A stretch of DNA of 64,000 nucleotides from an uncultured Planctomycetia bacterium. Lineage in GTDB: Bacteria > Planctomycetota > MHYJ01 > WSZJ01 > CAZYRM01. Below the pieces are notes generated by a model. That model saw only the letters and a list, made by a program, of their open reading frames with translations, was not told where the DNA came from and made no database searches. The translations under genes and the position numbers were made by a program. The DNA lies in NCBI GenBank assembly GCA_964649705.1, contig CAZYRM010000015.1:1119-65118 (forward strand). The letters run 5' to 3'. Shown here in pieces: positions 16,364 through 26,239 of the stretch. Positions within the stretch are counted from its first letter, which is position 1. Every line of letters starts with the position of its first letter.

Positions 16364-17980
16364 CTACCGGATGAACCTGGCGCCGCCCCAGTCCGCGCGG
16401 TCGAGCGTCTCCCCGTCGAAGATGTCCCCCTCGACGCCGCAGCGTACGACGAGGACGATCGTCTCGACACCCTCCAGGGAGACGGAGACGTCCTTCGCGT
16501 CCTCGCCGAACCGCACGAGACCGCTGTCGTAGAGGACCTTCGCCAGGTCCGGGATGCGCGTGACCGCGTCCCCGACGGCCGCCTCGAGGCAGCGGCGGTT
16601 CAGCCGGTCGACCTCGCGAGGCGTCCTCGCGGCCGCGTCCCTGGCGAGGATCGCCTTCGCGTCCTCGGCGAGATCGTCGGCGGGGAAGGCCTTCTCCTGC
16701 CAGAGGTCGGCCTGCGCGAGGGCGGCGTTCACGGCGTTGCGGACGGCGGCCTTCCGCGCGTCGGTCGCCTCTTCGCCCTCGGCGAGCTCCTGGACGGCCT
16801 TCAGCTCGCCCTCGCCCGTGATGAGCCCGGAGAACCGCTTCGACTTGAGGAGGGCGGCGCAGAGTTCCTTCCAGTCCTTCACGTGGGCGGTGTACAGGCG
16901 CAGCTCGGGGTCGACCTGGTCGATGGTCCCCTGAAACACCTGGAAGACGACCGATCCGCCGCTGCCGTCCGCGCCAGCGGACTCCTTGTCGAGGCCGACG
17001 GAGGCGCAGAACCTCTGATATCCTCCCGCGGGCTTGAACTCGAGGGCGCTGTAGGAGTGCACGCCGAGCCCCTTGCGGAATTCCCGCGTCTTGATCGTGA
17101 GCGGACCGCCCTTGTCGACGGCCCCGTCCCGGCGGAACGGGAACGGGCTGTTCTCCGGCCGCTCGGGGTCGTAGATGAACGGCCGCTCCCGCACGGCGGA
17201 GGGGTTCTCGTCGGAGAGGTACGCTACGCGTCCGTGGACGAAGTAGATGGCGCGCACCGCGGGCACGGGGACGGGGACCTCCTTCACGATGACGTGGTCG
17301 AGCTTGAGCGTCTGCCCGGTCATGGAGGTCAGCGTCCCCGTCAGCCGAGTCCCGCCGGAGCAGACGACGGTCGCGAGGAGCGTGTCCGGGGTCTTCACCG
17401 GCAGCGAGCTCCCCACGTACCAGCCCGCGATCTGCTTCCACTCGTACGTGACCTCGACGTCCTTGCGGCCCATGAAGCGGATGCCCTCCGGCGTGATCGC
17501 ATCGGCCGCCTCGGACGGGAAGCCGACGTTGGTGTCCTGGTTGATCAGGTAGATGCGGTCGGTGCCCTCGGCGGAGGCGGCGGCGTCCGACGGGACCTTG
17601 TCCTTGTTGTTGTCCGTCAGGACGAGGAGGCGGGAGACGTTCGTGAGCGGAAGCTCCATCCGTCCCATCTCGCCGGCCGCGATGACGATGTGCTCGGTAT
17701 CCCCGCTGGCAACCTCCCCGCGGATGACGTCGCCGTTCATGAGGACGACCTCGACCTGGGGGTTCCCGGCGGGGGCCCCGTCGTTGGCGGGGAAGGTGAT
17801 CTCGACGACGGTGTCGCAGGGGATCAGCTTCGACTCCCCGTCGGCGAGCGTGACGACGAGGTTGTCCCCGTCGACGGCGATGGCGGTCCCTGTCGTGACC
17901 TCCTCGTTCATGTCGAGGACGCGCACGTCGAGGGCGAGGACGGGGAGGGCGAAGGCCAGGCAGAGGGCGGCGCTGCGCAT
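16364..17980 (-). CDS. Secreted NPCBM/NEW2-domain protein
   Basis: Signal peptide; KGLGVHS...F.ASVGLD...GSVVFQV...LYDSG...ADWGGARF. Confidence 0.8.
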   Translation of the reverse strand: MRSAALCLAFALPVLALDVRVLDMNEEVTTGTAIAVDGDNLVVTLADGESKLIPCDTVVEITFPANDGAPAGNPQVEVVLMNGDVIRGEVASGDTEHIVIAAGEMGRMELPLTNVSRLLVLTDNNKDKVPSDAAASAEGTDRIYLINQDTNVGFPSEAADAITPEGIRFMGRKDVEVTYEWKQIAGWYVGSSLPVKTPDTLLATVVCSGGTRLTGTLTSMTGQTLKLDHVIVKEVPVPVPAVRAIYFVHGRVAYLSDENPSAVRERPFIYDPERPENSPFPFRRDGAVDKGGPLTIKTREFRKGLGVHSYSALEFKPAGGYQRFCASVGLDKESAGADGSGGSVVFQVFQGTIDQVDPELRLYTAHVKDWKELCAALLKSKRFSGLITGEGELKAVQELAEGEEATDARKAAVRNAVNAALAQADLWQEKAFPADDLAEDAKAILARDAAARTPREVDRLNRRCLEAAVGDAVTRIPDLAKVLYDSGLVRFGEDAKDVSVSLEGVETIVLVVRCGVEGDIFDGETLDRADWGGARFIR

Positions 17981-18041
17981 GAGCGGTCTCCATCGGGTCC
18001 TGAAGACCGCGATGATACTCCCCGGCACCCCGGCGAGGCAA

Positions 18042-20012
18042 TTACCGCTCGCGCGCCACGCCCCCGGCGTCGCCGACCCAGAGCGAGCCGTTGGCCGCGA
18101 TGCGCGGGTGCACCGTGATCGCCGCGACGGTCTCGCGGTCGCACGCCGCCTGGCAGAGCCTGACGACGAGGTCGACGAGCCCCGCGTGCTGCTTCCCGTC
18201 GGGGGCGAGGCCCGCCTCGGCGAGGAGGTGCTCCGCCTCGGTCTTTCCGAGCGGACAGACGCGGCTCACGCGCCCCGACGGACCCGAGACGACCATGACC
18301 GGCCCGAACACCGGGTCGCGGTGCACGGCAATCGGGACCGACCGCCCTTCCGGCGCCGCGGGGCCGACGTAGACCGGGCACTTGTGGAACCGCTTCCTGA
18401 GGTGCAGGAACCCGCGGTCCAGCTCCTTGCGCGTCTTCACCCCCTCCACCGCCAGCTCCTTCACGCCGTCCTTGCCGACCTTGCGGGCCGGCAGGGCGCG
18501 GAGGGTCACGGGGAACCCGATCTTCCTGAGGGCAGGGTTCGCCGTCTTCAGCGACTCGAGCACGACCCCCTCGGGGGCCGGGACGCCGATCGCGCGGAGG
18601 ATGTCGAGGACCTCGGGCTCCTTCATGTCGCGCTCGCGGATCGGCGCGTCCCCGGCCGGCGCGGCCACGGCCGCCTTCGGCCTGGAGAGGATCCCCTTCC
18701 GCTTCTGGACCTCGAGCAGCTTGCGCCACCGGTGCAGCCCCGCGTACGCGCGCGCGGCGCGCTCGGGGGTCGGGAAGACGGGGATCCCGCCGTCCTGCAG
18801 CACCCCGGCGGCGTTGGGCGCGCCCGTGACCATGGCGACGACACACCGCCCCGTGCGGCGCCTCCCCTCGATGGCCGCCTCGGCCAGCTCCGGCAGGTCG
18901 ACCCCCGCGTCGAGGAGGAAGAGCCCGCCAGCCTTCGTGTCCGCATAGGCGGCGTCGAGGACCGGGCCGTACTTCGACGGCGCGAGCCCCGTCGGCAGCG
19001 CCAGCGGCGCGCCGGGCTCCTCGCCCACAGCCGCCTTGATCGCCCTCGCCGTCTTCCCGTCCCACTCGGACACGGAGAGGCCGACGCGCACGCAAGCAGC
19101 CTTCCCCGCCGACGCGAGGCCGCCGGGAGCGGCGACGATGCCCACCGCCTCCGAGGACGGAAGGTTCCGCTGCGACGTGCAGAGCGCGATGCCGATGTCG
19201 AACAGCTCCTGGACCTCGGACGCGGGATAGAGGCCGCACTGACGGAACGCCGTCGCGTAGAGGTCGGGCGTGTCCGACTCCCCGACGTGGAGGGCCGCGA
19301 CCGGCTTCTGGAGGGCGACCTCGCTCGCGACCGAAAGGAAGCGCTGCCCGTCGCGGAGCCCGTCGAGGACGAGGAGGATCGCCTCGGTGCGGGAGTCGCG
19401 CCCGAGGAACTCCAGCGCGTCGGCGGCGTCGACGTCGAGCTGCTCGCCGTACGCGACGGCGCGGGCGAACCCGCGGCCGCGGGCCTCGAGCTCGCCGGCG
19501 AGGAGGAGGAAATACGACGGGTCGGGGGCGGCGATGCTGATCCCGCCGCGCTCGCGGGGGAGGCCGCCGAGGGCGCAGAGCCCGACGCCCATCTGCGGGT
19601 CGGCCACGCCGCCCGCGCGGGGGCCGAGGAGGCGCATCTTGGCAGTCCGCGCGATGGCGAGGACCTCCCTGCGGGCCTTCTGCCCGGCGGACGAGGAGGC
19701 GGGCCCGCCGCAGGCGTCAGGGAGGATCACGGCCTTCGCCTTCGCCCCGGCCGCCTCGCGCACGGCGGCGACGACGTCGGCCGCCGGGACGGCCACGACG
19801 ACGACGTCGATCTCCCGCTTCGCGTCCTTGAGCTGCGGGAGGCAGCGCCGGCCGCAGACCTCGCCGTCGGTCGGGTGCACGGGGATGATCTCCCCGCCGT
19901 ACCCGCTGTCGGCAAGCGCGCGCACGTAGGCGTATGCCCGCCCTGCGGGCTCGAAGGACGTCCCGAGGACCGCAACCGTCCTCGGTGCGAACAGGGGGTC
20001 GAGAGTGCTCAA
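18042..20012 (-). CDS. Acetate/acyl-CoA ligase (ADP-forming)-like protein, probably inactive
   Basis: LFAPRTVAVLG, IIPVHP, LLGPRAGG, GEQLDVD, EAILLVLDG, RDPVFGPV; the phospho-His segment is missing. Confidence 0.75.
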   Translation of the reverse strand: MSTLDPLFAPRTVAVLGTSFEPAGRAYAYVRALADSGYGGEIIPVHPTDGEVCGRRCLPQLKDAKREIDVVVVAVPAADVVAAVREAAGAKAKAVILPDACGGPASSSAGQKARREVLAIARTAKMRLLGPRAGGVADPQMGVGLCALGGLPRERGGISIAAPDPSYFLLLAGELEARGRGFARAVAYGEQLDVDAADALEFLGRDSRTEAILLVLDGLRDGQRFLSVASEVALQKPVAALHVGESDTPDLYATAFRQCGLYPASEVQELFDIGIALCTSQRNLPSSEAVGIVAAPGGLASAGKAACVRVGLSVSEWDGKTARAIKAAVGEEPGAPLALPTGLAPSKYGPVLDAAYADTKAGGLFLLDAGVDLPELAEAAIEGRRRTGRCVVAMVTGAPNAAGVLQDGGIPVFPTPERAARAYAGLHRWRKLLEVQKRKGILSRPKAAVAAPAGDAPIRERDMKEPEVLDILRAIGVPAPEGVVLESLKTANPALRKIGFPVTLRALPARKVGKDGVKELAVEGVKTRKELDRGFLHLRKRFHKCPVYVGPAAPEGRSVPIAVHRDPVFGPVMVVSGPSGRVSRVCPLGKTEAEHLLAEAGLAPDGKQHAGLVDLVVRLCQAACDRETVAAITVHPRIAANGSLWVGDAGGVARER

Positions 20013-20024
20013 CGCCGACTCCTC

Positions 20025-21191
20025 CTACACGACCGCGCCACCCGTGATGGCCCCGCCCTTGTCATCCCCCGCCGCCCGCGTCGCGGGCAGCGGCTCGTAG
20101 ACCTTCGCTCGATCGAGGATCATGCCCAGGACCACCAGGACCACGATCCCGGCCCCGGTCACCGGCAGGTACTGGGCCCTCGGCACCGAGGGGCGGGAGA
20201 TGTAGATCGCCACGCAGCCCGCCACCGCGGAGAAGAGGTACAGGAACAGGACCGCGCCGCGCTTCCCGAGCCCCAGCGCCGCCAGGCGGTGCGTGACGTG
20301 GTCCCGACCGCAGTACGTGATCGCCTCGACGACCCCCTTCACGACCCCGCTCTTCGCCCTCAGGATCGTCGAGAGCGTGATGTCGTAGAGGGGGACGACG
20401 AGGACGACGCACGGGATGATGATGCTCTTCACCCGGTCGGCCTGGGACCAGGCGCCGAGGATCGTGATCGCCGCGAGGAGGAAGCCGGTGAGGAAGGCGC
20501 CGTTGTTCCCGAGGTAGGTGCGCGCGGGCCCGACGGCGTTGTAGCGCAGGAACCCGAGCGTCGCCCCCGCGTGGGCGATCGACGCGAAGCTCACCCACCG
20601 CTGCACCTGCCGCCAGTAGGAGTTCTCGGGCCCCGTGGACAGGGCGGCGTAGTTCTCCCAGGCGATGACGAACGTGGTGAGCGCCGCGAGGACCGTCACC
20701 CCGCCCGCCGCCCCGTCCATGTTGTCGAGCGAGTTCATCGCGCTCGTCACGCCAACGATCCAGAACAGGGTGAGCACGGTGTTCGCCCACGCGAACGGCT
20801 GCTCGAACAGCGTCGCCGCGACGCCGAACCGCCCCAGGAGCCACGTCGCCAGGAACAGGACGAGGAGCTTCGCCACGGCCCAGATCGGCCTCATGTCGTC
20901 GATGACCCCGAGGACCAGGACGAACGCAGCGCCGAAGACGATCCCGAAGAGCGGGCGGTTCCCCTCGAACGATTCGAACCGCAGGATGGAGAAGATCGCC
21001 ACGGAGAACGCGAGGAAGATCCCCACGCCGCCAAGGAAGGCGACGGGGTGCTCGTGCGTCTTGTACGTGTGCGGGCGGTCCACGGCGCCCGTCCGGAGCG
21101 CGATCCAGATGAGGGCCGGGACGAGCAGGTCCGCGAGGAACCACGCGAACACGAACATGCCGACATGGGGTTGGTTCAAATTCTCGATCAT
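20025..21191 (-). CDS. MraY/WecA family polyprenyl-phosphate sugar-1-phosphate transferase
   Basis: LGGVGIF, LGVIDD, NSLDNMDGAAGG, YLGNNGA, RDHVTHRL; multi-TM. Start may be 21158. Confidence 0.9.
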   Translation of the reverse strand: MIENLNQPHVGMFVFAWFLADLLVPALIWIALRTGAVDRPHTYKTHEHPVAFLGGVGIFLAFSVAIFSILRFESFEGNRPLFGIVFGAAFVLVLGVIDDMRPIWAVAKLLVLFLATWLLGRFGVAATLFEQPFAWANTVLTLFWIVGVTSAMNSLDNMDGAAGGVTVLAALTTFVIAWENYAALSTGPENSYWRQVQRWVSFASIAHAGATLGFLRYNAVGPARTYLGNNGAFLTGFLLAAITILGAWSQADRVKSIIIPCVVLVVPLYDITLSTILRAKSGVVKGVVEAITYCGRDHVTHRLAALGLGKRGAVLFLYLFSAVAGCVAIYISRPSVPRAQYLPVTGAGIVVLVVLGMILDRAKVYEPLPATRAAGDDKGGAITGGAVV

Positions 21192-21230
21192 GGCCGAAAC
21201 ACGAGGGCCCAGTTCATCCGAGATCGACGT

Positions 21231-21366
21231 AACAATTCTCAATTCTCAATGAGCAATTCTCAACGAAGGCTCAGGTTCGAAAGGCCCAAGGCCCCGAACT
21301 CCGACACTTGAGACATTCGAATTTGAGCCTTCGTTGAAAATTGCTCATTGAGAATTGAGAATTGTT
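21231..21366. repeat. 43-bp-arm palindrome built of CAATNNN heptamers
   Basis: 21231-21273 pairs with 21324-21366 at 42/43 positions. Confidence 0.96.
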
Positions 21367-21378
21367 CCATGGCATCCA

Positions 21379-22137
21379 TCAGTCTCCCCTCTCCTCCTCC
21401 TCCATGTCTTCCGCCGGCGGCCCGTCCACCCATCCCCACTCGCCCTCGCCGCGCAGCACCGCGAGGCTCCGCGGCCCCGCGTTCATCAGCAGGTCGACCG
21501 CGGAGAGGTACGGCACGAACGGCCCCGCGAAGGCCTGCGGGTAGACCGGGTGGCGGAACTCCTGGAACACGAGCTTCACCCCCGCCTCCGCCACGCGCGG
21601 CAGGTCGAGGTAGTCCTTCCCGTGCACCCCCGAGAGGTACGCGTCCGCCCCCGTCTTCCGGCAGAGGTCGATCACCAGCTCCGTCCCCTTCCCACGGGCC
21701 CCCAATTCGCTCGACAGGTGGACCGGCTTCCGCAAGCCGAACATCTCCATCATCCCGCGTATCAGGTGCACCGACAGGTCCGCGAGCCGCTCCCAGCGCC
21801 TCGCGTACGTCTCACGGAAGAACCCGGCGTACTCCGCGTAGAAGGGGGCCGATCGGTAGTTCCACTCGATCGACTTCCCGTGCTTCTTCTCCCACCCCCT
21901 CGCGGGGTCGATCTCCGCCTCGCGGATCGTCTGGTGGAACCGCCCGTGCGTCTTGATCGGGACCGAGAGCCACGCCCATCCCTCCGGGGTACGGACGCGG
22001 TTCCGGTGCATCCATCCGAACGGCCCCCGCTTCACGAACTGGACGTCGTCGACGACGACGAAGGCGTCCGCCCGGTCGACCTTGTCGAAGAAGCCCAGGT
22101 ACGGCAGGTAGTTCGGCTGGTGCCCGGCCACCATCAT
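21379..22137 (-). CDS. wbqC: WbqC family protein
   Basis: MVAGHQPNYLPYLGFFDK...DDVQF...NR...YLSG...Y.Q...F.P.LS.VDLL; ATGA overlap with the upstream cyclase. Confidence 0.92.
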   Translation of the reverse strand: MMVAGHQPNYLPYLGFFDKVDRADAFVVVDDVQFVKRGPFGWMHRNRVRTPEGWAWLSVPIKTHGRFHQTIREAEIDPARGWEKKHGKSIEWNYRSAPFYAEYAGFFRETYARRWERLADLSVHLIRGMMEMFGLRKPVHLSSELGARGKGTELVIDLCRKTGADAYLSGVHGKDYLDLPRVAEAGVKLVFQEFRHPVYPQAFAGPFVPYLSAVDLLMNAGPRSLAVLRGEGEWGWVDGPPAEDMEEEERGD

Positions 22138-23081
22138 GTCGAGACGCGGCGCCCCCCCTGGCTCTTCGCCCGGTACATCGCCTGGTCCGCCCGCTTGACG
22201 AAGTCGCCGACCTTCTCCTCGTGCCTGACCTCGGCCACGCCGAGGCTCGCGCCCACGAGCGGCCCGACCCCCTGGTCGATCATCTCCAGGAGCCTCGCCG
22301 CGATCGGCATGGCGCGCTCGATCCCCACCTCGGGCAGGACCACGACGAACTCGTCCCCGCCGTAGCGATAGGCCGTGTCGACGTGGCGGCGCAGCGACCG
22401 GAGGACGATCCGCCCGACGCGGCGAAGGACCCCGTCCCCGCCGATGTGCCCGAAGCGGTCGTTGAACTCCTTGAACCCGTCCAGGTCGAAGAGGAGGAGC
22501 GAGAGGGGCCTCCGCTGCCGCTCCGCGCGGGCCGACTCGCTCGCGATCCGCGTGTTGAAGTGGGCGCGGTTGTAGAGCCCGGTCAGGTGGTCCGTGATCG
22601 CGAGCTTCTTGAGCTGCCGCTCCAGCTTCTTCCGCTTGCGGATGTCCTTCGAGACGCCGACCGTCCCGATCACCTCGCCCGCCTCGTTCCTGAGGAGCGA
22701 TAGCGTCACCGAGAGGTCGATCACCCGCCCGCTCTTCGTCTTGATCCGCGTCTCGTAGTCGACGACGCTCCCCCTCTGCTGGACCACCGACATCACGCGG
22801 TGGCGCTCGTCGGGCTCCAGCCAGATCATCGTCGCCGGCTTCCCGATCGCCTCCTCGCGCGTCCAGCCGAGCAGCCTCTCCGCGCCGCTGTTGAACTCCA
22901 CGATGCGGGAGTCGCGGTCGGTCGTGATGATCACGTCCGCCGAGTGATCGATCACCGCTTCGAGGTAGCGCACACGGTCGCGCAATGAGTCGACTTCCGC
23001 AGGGTCGTCCGTCCTTCCCTCCAGGGTCGCTCCTCCGCGCGGGAGATGGGTCTCTTCGCCACTGTGCATAGGTGTGTACAT
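22134..23081 (-). CDS. PAS-GGDEF diguanylate cyclase
   Basis: PAS (ADVIITTD...GVSKDI); TDHLTGLYNR, DLDGFKEFNDRFGH, RYGGDEF, MYRAK. Confidence 0.95.
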   Translation of the reverse strand: MYTPMHSGEETHLPRGGATLEGRTDDPAEVDSLRDRVRYLEAVIDHSADVIITTDRDSRIVEFNSGAERLLGWTREEAIGKPATMIWLEPDERHRVMSVVQQRGSVVDYETRIKTKSGRVIDLSVTLSLLRNEAGEVIGTVGVSKDIRKRKKLERQLKKLAITDHLTGLYNRAHFNTRIASESARAERQRRPLSLLLFDLDGFKEFNDRFGHIGGDGVLRRVGRIVLRSLRRHVDTAYRYGGDEFVVVLPEVGIERAMPIAARLLEMIDQGVGPLVGASLGVAEVRHEEKVGDFVKRADQAMYRAKSQGGRRVST

Positions 23082-23209
23082 TCGCCCGAACTATCCGTGG
23101 GCCATGTAGTAGCGAGCATTGTAATCGAGGAGTCGCCGTTGTCAAGCGATCAAGCCCCGGGGAGGCCCAAGATCGCGAGAATATGCAGGAGTGGGATACG
23201 AACTTCACC

Positions 23210-23995
23210 CTACCTGGGATCGGGCAGCGAAAAGCCCTGCAGTAAGGCGAAGCAGGAGAAGAGGATGAAGACGCCTATCACGCCGAGCCCCAGGGCGAGG
23301 AGGAGGGCGATCAGGCTCCTCCCTTCCGACAGGCGGTGCACCTGCCTCACGCCAAGATAGTTGAGGACAAGGACATAGATCATGCTGATGAGGAATCCGA
23401 ACGGGACGACGTCGAGGATGCGCGCCGTGAGGGAATAGAAGTAGATAGAGCAGGTCTTCTGAACCCCCCTCCCGCCGGCGAGCAGGACGCCCAGGTGGAG
23501 GGCCAGGGGAAAGACGACCAGCCCGACCGCCTCCGTAAGGACCTGGCCGCGGAAGACGGAGGGGAGCGACGGCATCAGGTCGAACGGCACCGCCCCCAGA
23601 CCGGCCGATTTCCACCAGTCCGCGATGGACGGACCGATCCGCCCCAGGAGCAGCCAGGTCTGGATCGAGGACGCCGCGTAGCCGATCAGGAGGAAGGGGA
23701 GTCCGACCCGGGCGGCCTGGCCGACGGTGGAGCGCAAGCCGCGCGCGGCGAAGAAGGCGGAGGGGGAGAAGAGGACGGCGAGCCACGCGCGCCCCTGGTC
23801 TTTGTCCGCCAGGACCTCGGGCGGGACGAAGAACGGGCCGGCGAACCCGGGCAGGGGCAGCCCCGACGGGGGAGGGGCGGGTGCGACGGCGAGGACCATC
23901 GCGCCGCAGGCGGGGCAGCGGATCCGCTGCCCGGAGAACTCGTCGCGGACCGAGAGCTGCCGGCGGCACCCGGTGCAGGGGAGGTCGATCGGCAT
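23210..23995 (-). CDS. Zn-ribbon + Yip1-domain membrane protein
   Basis: CTGC...CPAC N-terminus, VLFSPSAFF, about 5 TM segments. Confidence 0.7.
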   Translation of the reverse strand: MPIDLPCTGCRRQLSVRDEFSGQRIRCPACGAMVLAVAPAPPPSGLPLPGFAGPFFVPPEVLADKDQGRAWLAVLFSPSAFFAARGLRSTVGQAARVGLPFLLIGYAASSIQTWLLLGRIGPSIADWWKSAGLGAVPFDLMPSLPSVFRGQVLTEAVGLVVFPLALHLGVLLAGGRGVQKTCSIYFYSLTARILDVVPFGFLISMIYVLVLNYLGVRQVHRLSEGRSLIALLLALGLGVIGVFILFSCFALLQGFSLPDPR

Positions 23996-24243
23996 CAATC
24001 CAGCAAGCTGGCTCTGCCAGTCGCCGTTGGGACGGTCGCTCGCTGCCGCTCCATCTCGCGAAGGACCTCGATGAGCTGCTCGCTCGTGAGCGCGCCCGCA
24101 TCGAGGAGGTGCATGCCGATCAGCTTGTGAGCCTGTCCGTTCCCCTGGGCGCGCTTCTGCGTGGCGAGCGCCTGTTCGACCTGATCCCGCCTGACGAACC
24201 CCAACCGGACGGCGATCTCGCCGAAGAACTCCTGACGAGCCAT
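23995..24243 (-). CDS. Stand-alone MshEN-like protein (82 aa)
   Basis: Two motifs, FFGEIAVRLGFV...ALATQ and KLIGMHLLDAGAL...L. Confidence 0.7.
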   Translation of the reverse strand: MARQEFFGEIAVRLGFVRRDQVEQALATQKRAQGNGQAHKLIGMHLLDAGALTSEQLIEVLREMERQRATVPTATGRASLLD

Positions 24244-24256
24244 GGTTCCTCCCGGG

Positions 24257-25240
24257 CTACGCCCGATACCCTTCCGGATGCTCCTTCCGCCACCTCCAGG
24301 CCGACTCGACGACCTGCTCGATCCCGCTCCGCGAGGGGGTCCACCCCAGCTCGGCGGCCGCGCGCGCGTTCGACGCCACGAGGACCGGCGGGTCGCCGGG
24401 CCGTCGCGGGGCCGACCTCGTCGGCACGGGCCTGCCCGTCACGCGGCGCGCGGTGTCGATCACCTGGCGGACGCTCGTGCCCGTCCCCGTGCCGAGATTG
24501 TACGCGCGGTAGTGCCCCGGATCCAGACGGGAGAGGGCCCGCACGTGGGCGTCCGCGAGGTCCACGACGTGGACGTAGTCCCTGACGCACGTCCCGTCGG
24601 GGGTGGGGTAGTCCTCCCCGAGGATGTCGAGGGAGGGGAGCTTCCCGAGCGCGGCGAGGAGGCAGAGGGGGACGAGGTGGGTCTCGGGGCGATGGTCCTC
24701 CCCGAGGCCGATCTCGGGGGCCGCCCCGCTCGCGTTGAAGTAGCGCAGCGCGACGGCGCCCAGGGGCCACGCGGCGGTGGCGTCGCGGAGGGCCCATTCG
24801 AACGAGAGCTTCGATCGGCCGTAGGGGCTGATCGGCGCCTGGAGCTGGTCCTCGTCGATCGGGACCTGCTTCGGGATGCCGTAGGAGGCGCACGTCGACG
24901 AGAACACGATCCCCCGGACGCCGGCCTCCTTGCAGGCGGAGAGGAGGGCGAGGCCGCCGGCGACGTTGACGTCGTAGTACTCGCCCGGCGATGCCATCGA
25001 CTCCGGCACGAGCGCGAGCCCGGCGAAGTGGAGGACGGCCTCGGCGCGGGTCTTCGTGAGGGCGGCGAGGACGGCGGCGCGGTCGCGGACGTCTCCCTCG
25101 ACGAGCGGGAAGGACTTCGCCTGCTCGCGGAAGCCGCGGTAGAGGTTGTCGAAGAGGGTGACCTCGTGTCCGGCCTCGCGGAGACGCCACGAGGTGACGC
25201 TGCCGACGAAGCCGGCGCCTCCGGTGACGAGGAGCCTCAC
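24257..25240 (-). CDS. galE: UDP-glucose 4-epimerase
   Basis: [46 protein letters not shown]; GTGA overlap with the upstream gene. Confidence 0.93.
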   Translation of the reverse strand: MRLLVTGGAGFVGSVTSWRLREAGHEVTLFDNLYRGFREQAKSFPLVEGDVRDRAAVLAALTKTRAEAVLHFAGLALVPESMASPGEYYDVNVAGGLALLSACKEAGVRGIVFSSTCASYGIPKQVPIDEDQLQAPISPYGRSKLSFEWALRDATAAWPLGAVALRYFNASGAAPEIGLGEDHRPETHLVPLCLLAALGKLPSLDILGEDYPTPDGTCVRDYVHVVDLADAHVRALSRLDPGHYRAYNLGTGTGTSVRQVIDTARRVTGRPVPTRSAPRRPGDPPVLVASNARAAAELGWTPSRSGIEQVVESAWRWRKEHPEGYRA

Positions 25241-26178
25241 TTCGTCCTCCCGGCGACCGACTTGTAGTACTCGTACGTCTTCCCCAGCCCCTCCAGGCGT
25301 GAGACGCCCGGCGACCAGCCGAGGATCCGTCGGGCGAGGGTCAGGTCGGGCCTGCGGACCTTCGGATCGTCCTGGGGGAGCGGATGGTAGACGAGCTTCA
25401 CCTTGGAGCCGGTGACCTGGAGGACCTCCCTGGCCATCTGGAGGAGGGGGATCTCCTCGTCGTTCCCGAGGTTGACTGGCTCGTGGTACCCGGACTGGAG
25501 GAGCCTCAGGAGCCCCTCGACGAGGTCGGAGACGTAGCAGAAGCTGCGCGTCTGGGAGCCGTCGCCGTAGACGGTGAGGTCCTCCCCTCGGAGGGTCTGC
25601 GCGAAGAAGTTGGGGAGGGCCCGCCCGTCGTCCAGGCGCATGCGCGGCCCGTAGGTATTGAAGATCCTGGCGATCTTGGAGTCGAGCTTGTGGACGCGGT
25701 GATAGGCCATGACGATGGCCTCGGCGAACCGCTTGGCCTCGTCGTAGACGCCTCTGGGGCCGACGGGGTTGACGTTGCCCCAGTAGGTCTCGCTCTGGGG
25801 GTGCTGGAGGGGGTCGCCGTAGACCTCGGAGGTGCTGGCGAGCAGGAAGGCGGCCTTCTTGGCCTTGGCGAGGCCGAGGGCGTTGTGGGTGCCGAGGGAG
25901 CCGACCTTGAGCGTCTGGATGGGGAACTCGAGGTAGTCCCTGGGGCTGGCGGGGGAGGCGAAGTGGAGGATCCAGTCGACGGGCCCGTCGACGAGGATGT
26001 ACTGGGTGACGTCGTGCCGGATGAACGTGAAGCGCGGATTGGAGGCGAGGTGGGCGATGTTGTCGGCATTGCCCGTGATGAGGTTGTCGATCGCGACGAC
26101 CTCGTGTCCCATGGCGAGGAGGCGGTCGCAGAGGTGGGACCCGATGAACCCCGCGCCGCCGGTGATGACCGTTCGCAT
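25237..26178 (-). CDS. UDP-glucuronate decarboxylase (UXS)-like NAD-dependent epimerase/dehydratase
   Basis: [57 protein letters not shown]. Confidence 0.93.
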   Translation of the reverse strand: MRTVITGGAGFIGSHLCDRLLAMGHEVVAIDNLITGNADNIAHLASNPRFTFIRHDVTQYILVDGPVDWILHFASPASPRDYLEFPIQTLKVGSLGTHNALGLAKAKKAAFLLASTSEVYGDPLQHPQSETYWGNVNPVGPRGVYDEAKRFAEAIVMAYHRVHKLDSKIARIFNTYGPRMRLDDGRALPNFFAQTLRGEDLTVYGDGSQTRSFCYVSDLVEGLLRLLQSGYHEPVNLGNDEEIPLLQMAREVLQVTGSKVKLVYHPLPQDDPKVRRPDLTLARRILGWSPGVSRLEGLGKTYEYYKSVAGRTK

Positions 26179-26239
26179 GGGCGTTCTTGTACCACGATGC
26201 GCCCTGTTCGACAAATGCCCGTGGACGCGCGGCGGCGCG

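Noticed and set aside
16541-16933. Intein as the explanation for the NPCBM insertion
   Set aside because: No N-terminal Cys/Ser, no terminal His-Asn and no LAGLIDADG motifs.
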